Below, piece after piece: positions 46,924 through 49,627 of a DNA stretch of 49,627 nt. Positions within the stretch are counted from its first letter, which is position 1. The number at the start of each line of letters is the position of its first letter. Origin of the DNA: Verrucomicrobiia bacterium (GTDB lineage Bacteria > Verrucomicrobiota > Verrucomicrobiia > Palsa-1439); assembly GCA_049515295.1 (NCBI GenBank), contig JBEKUF010000004.1:1-49627 (forward strand), read 5' to 3'. The position numbers and the translations under genes are program-made. The notes under the pieces are model-generated. The model did not search any database and was not told the origin of the DNA. It saw nothing but the letters and a program-made list of their open reading frames with translations.

Positions 46924-47602
46924 GAGTCAAATACCTCCATTGTGATGTTGCCAAGTTCCCCAGTTTGACCGGGCCAACCGCGAGGCGCACAAGGCGCTTC
47001 ACCGGATGGCCGACGGCTGCCATCATCCGGCGAATTTGTCGCTTCTTTCCCTCGCTGAGAACGAGCCGTAGTTCAGTGGTGTTCGCCAGCGAGCGCACCT
47101 GAAATATCTTCTCGGCGTGCAACATTTGGCGTTCGCTCCGAACTCCCTTCAGCAGACGCGCGATCTCAGCGCTGGTTAATTCCCCCTCGACCTCCACCAG
47201 ATAGGTCTTGCTCATCTTGTAACGCGGGTGAGTCAGTCGCAAGCTAAAAGTGCCGTCATTGGTCAGAAACAACAGTCCTTCGGTGTCTTTGTCAAGCCGC
47301 CCGACCGTGTACAGCCGGGGAAGCGCGAGCGGGAGGAGATCGACGGCGCGCTTCCGCTGGTGCGTGTCATGGTTGGTGCACAGAAAGCCGGCAGGCTTGT
47401 TGAGCGCGATGTACACCTTTCGCTCGACAGCGACAGCCTGGCCATCAACCGCCACCGTGTCGCGCTCCGCATCGACTTTCGTGCCGAGCAGGCGGATCGG
47501 CCGGCCGTTGACGGAGACGCGGCCATCTTCGATGAGTTGCTCGCAGTGGCGTCGGGAAGCTATGCCCGCTTCCGCCAGATACTTTTGCAGACGAACGAGC
47601 AC
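46871..47602 (-). CDS. rluB: rRNA pseudouridine synthase, RsuA/RluB family
   Basis: S4 domain RLQKYLAEAGIASRR, LNKPAG, VGRLDKDTEGLL, EGKKRQIRRM. Confidence 0.9.
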   Translation of the reverse strand: MLVRLQKYLAEAGIASRRHCEQLIEDGRVSVNGRPIRLLGTKVDAERDTVAVDGQAVAVERKVYIALNKPAGFLCTNHDTHQRKRAVDLLPLALPRLYTVGRLDKDTEGLLFLTNDGTFSLRLTHPRYKMSKTYLVEVEGELTSAEIARLLKGVRSERQMLHAEKIFQVRSLANTTELRLVLSEGKKRQIRRMMAAVGHPVKRLVRLAVGPVKLGNLATSQWRYLTHEEVYKLMQFSPAAFCP

Positions 47603-47614
47603 GACGAAGGGCGA

Positions 47615-47767
47615 TTACTCCGGTTTTGTCTTCGGCAGGCCAAAGACCCGCTGGCCGTCTTTCCAACGGCCCTGCTTCTTGAGTATTTCGACGCGCTCGA
47701 ACCGCTTCAACACATTGCGGCGCGCCTGAATCTTGCTCGCTCCCTTGAGACTACGGTGTTGTGACAT
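47615..47767 (-). CDS. PVC-superphylum signature small basic protein (50 aa)
   Basis: Manual translation: MSQHRSLKGASKIQARRNVLKRFERVEILKKQGRWKDGQRVFGLPKTKPE*. It matches the MSxHxSL..RNVLKRxER..W..GLPK pattern of this family. Below the ORF-track size cut-off. Confidence 0.92.
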   Translation of the reverse strand: MSQHRSLKGASKIQARRNVLKRFERVEILKKQGRWKDGQRVFGLPKTKPE

Positions 47768-47782
47768 GACAGACTTTCTCAG

Positions 47783-48778
47783 TTAATGCTTCAGCGTCAG
47801 TTTTAGCGCTTCAATCTTCGCGGCGACCTCGTCGCGATACTCGGGCGTTTTACCAGATTCCAGGTACTTTTCAAATTGTTTTATCGCCTCCGCCGGGTTG
47901 CCGTCCTCGTACAGCAAACCGAGTTTGTAGTACACCAGGGCATAGTCGGGACGTAATTGCAGCGCTTTGTGGTACGAGCCCAGGGCCTTATCACGGTCTT
48001 TCATCTGGGCATACGCATCTCCGAGACCGCTGTACGCCAGGACGTAGTTCGGATCCTTTTCAAGGGCCTTCTGGTAGTAGACAATCGACAAGTCCGGTCG
48101 CTTCTCAAAAAGATAGATGTCCCCCATCGCATTGTTGAAATACGGGACGCTCGGGTCGATATCGATCGCCTTCTGCATGGCGGCCTTGGCTTCCTTGTCA
48201 CGCAACTCCTGAAGATACAAAATACCAAGGCTGTAGTACGCGTCGCCGTTCTGCTGACCCGCTTGCTCTTCGAGCTTCACGAATGCAGTGAGATGCATCT
48301 CCGCCCCCTTCAGGTCGCCCTGCTCCTTCAACAACACCCCGAGATCATGGTGCGCGCGCCCGAATTTCGGATCGATTTCCAGTGCCTTCTCGTAGGCGTG
48401 ACGGGCCTCGCTCTTGCTGCCAACGTCGTCATACAGCAGCCCCAACTGCGTCCAGACGTCAGCGTCGTTCCCCTTGATCGCCAGATACCGCTGGTAGTCA
48501 TCGATGGCCTCTCCCTTCTGACCGAGCCGCTCACAAGTGATGGCCAGATTGTAGAGCGCATTCAGATGCTTCGGGTAAATCTTCACCGCCTTCTCATATT
48601 CCTGCTTGGCGCGCGCCAGCGACCCTCCTTCGACAAACTTGTTGCCCCGCTCAAAAAACTTGTTGGCCTCACCCAGCGCGCCCCTGTCTTGTGTGGAGGC
48701 GTCCTCGGCCCGAGCCACGGTCACCGGCAGCGTCGCAACGATAACCGCGACGACGAATAGTTTAATTGCCCGCTTCAT
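47783..48778 (-). CDS. Secreted tetratricopeptide-repeat protein
   Basis: Signal peptide (ARA-ED); multiple TPRs (YEKALEIDP, YQKALEKDP, YHKALQLRP). Confidence 0.92.
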   Translation of the reverse strand: MKRAIKLFVVAVIVATLPVTVARAEDASTQDRGALGEANKFFERGNKFVEGGSLARAKQEYEKAVKIYPKHLNALYNLAITCERLGQKGEAIDDYQRYLAIKGNDADVWTQLGLLYDDVGSKSEARHAYEKALEIDPKFGRAHHDLGVLLKEQGDLKGAEMHLTAFVKLEEQAGQQNGDAYYSLGILYLQELRDKEAKAAMQKAIDIDPSVPYFNNAMGDIYLFEKRPDLSIVYYQKALEKDPNYVLAYSGLGDAYAQMKDRDKALGSYHKALQLRPDYALVYYKLGLLYEDGNPAEAIKQFEKYLESGKTPEYRDEVAAKIEALKLTLKH

Positions 48779-49627
48779 TTTTCCCCTCTTTCTTCTTCAG
48801 CTTGTCCAACGCGGTCTGGGCGCTCCGGGCGGTCGAACTGTTCGGAAACTCCTTCACCAGTTGCTCGAGACGGGCGCGCCCTTTGTCCTTCTGTCCGATC
48901 GCCAGTTCGCTCAATCCAAGACAATACAGCGCTTTGTCCTTGTCCTTGTAATCCGGCCAGCGCTGCAGCAGCTTCTCGAAGCTGTACGCCGCTGGCCCAT
49001 ATTCGCCTCTCTTTCCAAGGGCGAACCCCAGTGCGAACATCGCCTTGTCCGTGTAACCGTATTGGTTGTCCTCGTCGTGCTCGATCACATTCCGCAAATG
49101 CGGCTCCGCCAAATCCTCATTCCCCTCTTCCAAATACGTCTCGGCCACCTTCCAGTTCGCCTGCACGTCCCCCGGATTTTGCATCGCCAACCGACGCGCC
49201 TCGCGGAACGTCAGCTTGCTGCGCTTGGCCTCGCTCAACTTCGTCAGCAACGGCTCCTTGTCCACCAACCCCGCCACCCGCGACATCTCGTTGCCTTCGC
49301 CATTCAAAAACAAAATCGTCGGCGCGCCGCGCACGTCCAGCCGCCGCGTCTCGTCCGCGTCCTTGGCGGCATCGATACGCACGCACACAAACTCCTCCGC
49401 CGCCGCCACCACCGACTTGTCCGCCAGCACGCCTTCCTCCAACTTCTCACAGTAGTCCGAGCCTCGCAGAAATACGTACGCCAGCACCGGGTTCTTCAAT
49501 TGCCGCGCCTTCTCCTTCGCCTCGGCCAACGTCCGCACCCAGCGGATCCCCGATCGCAATTTCCCCACCGCCTCCCCTGCCGCCTCCCGCACCGAATCCG
49601 CCGCATCGCTCTTCACCACCGCCTCCA
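48762..49627 (-). CDS. HEAT + thioredoxin-like + TPR protein; 5' end outside the window
   Basis: Frame is open to the window end. VREAAGEAVGKL (HEAT), GIRW..GSDYC..GAPTILF (thioredoxin fold), C-terminal CpoB-like TPRs. Confidence 0.8.
   Translation of the reverse strand, partial: EAVVKSDAADSVREAAGEAVGKLRSGIRWVRTLAEAKEKARQLKNPVLAYVFLRGSDYCEKLEEGVLADKSVVAAAEEFVCVRIDAAKDADETRRLDVRGAPTILFLNGEGNEMSRVAGLVDKEPLLTKLSEAKRSKLTFREARRLAMQNPGDVQANWKVAETYLEEGNEDLAEPHLRNVIEHDEDNQYGYTDKAMFALGFALGKRGEYGPAAYSFEKLLQRWPDYKDKDKALYCLGLSELAIGQKDKGRARLEQLVKEFPNSSTARSAQTALDKLKKKEGKNEAGN

Overview
GC-rich bacterial DNA, most likely PVC superphylum (probably Verrucomicrobiota). The assignment rests on a 50-aa PVC-signature small basic protein at 47615-47767 that the ORF track missed. 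The window has four parts. (1) The 5' part of an AT-richer UvrD/Rep-type (SF1) helicase gene on the minus strand (<1-407), also missed by the ORF track. (2) A ~1.2-kb intergenic region packed with palindromic REP-like elements, including a ~32-bp tandem array and three apparent 'repeat inserted in a repeat' structures. (3) A secreted beta-propeller/phosphoesterase gene, a GbsR/MarR regulator, an antisense methyltransferase and a ~31-kb, 26-gene + strand surface-polysaccharide cluster (5632-36791). The cluster holds Wzx, a Wzy/ligase, many glycosyltransferases, a LicC-type cytidylyltransferase with a TagF-like phosphotransferase-methyltransferase fusion, a LegC-type amino-sugar module coupled to a GT2/DUF2304/GT-C lipid-carrier glycosylation module, an AlgD-like dehydrogenase and two AsnB-like proteins. 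A convergent secreted glycoside-hydrolase-like gene closes it. (4) Core genes: ispH, glgP, GT87, HEAT lipoprotein, folD, SH3 protein, pseudouridine synthase and TPR proteins. No tRNA, rRNA, CRISPR, transposase or integrase was recognised. All calls come from reading motifs by eye; no database searches were run.
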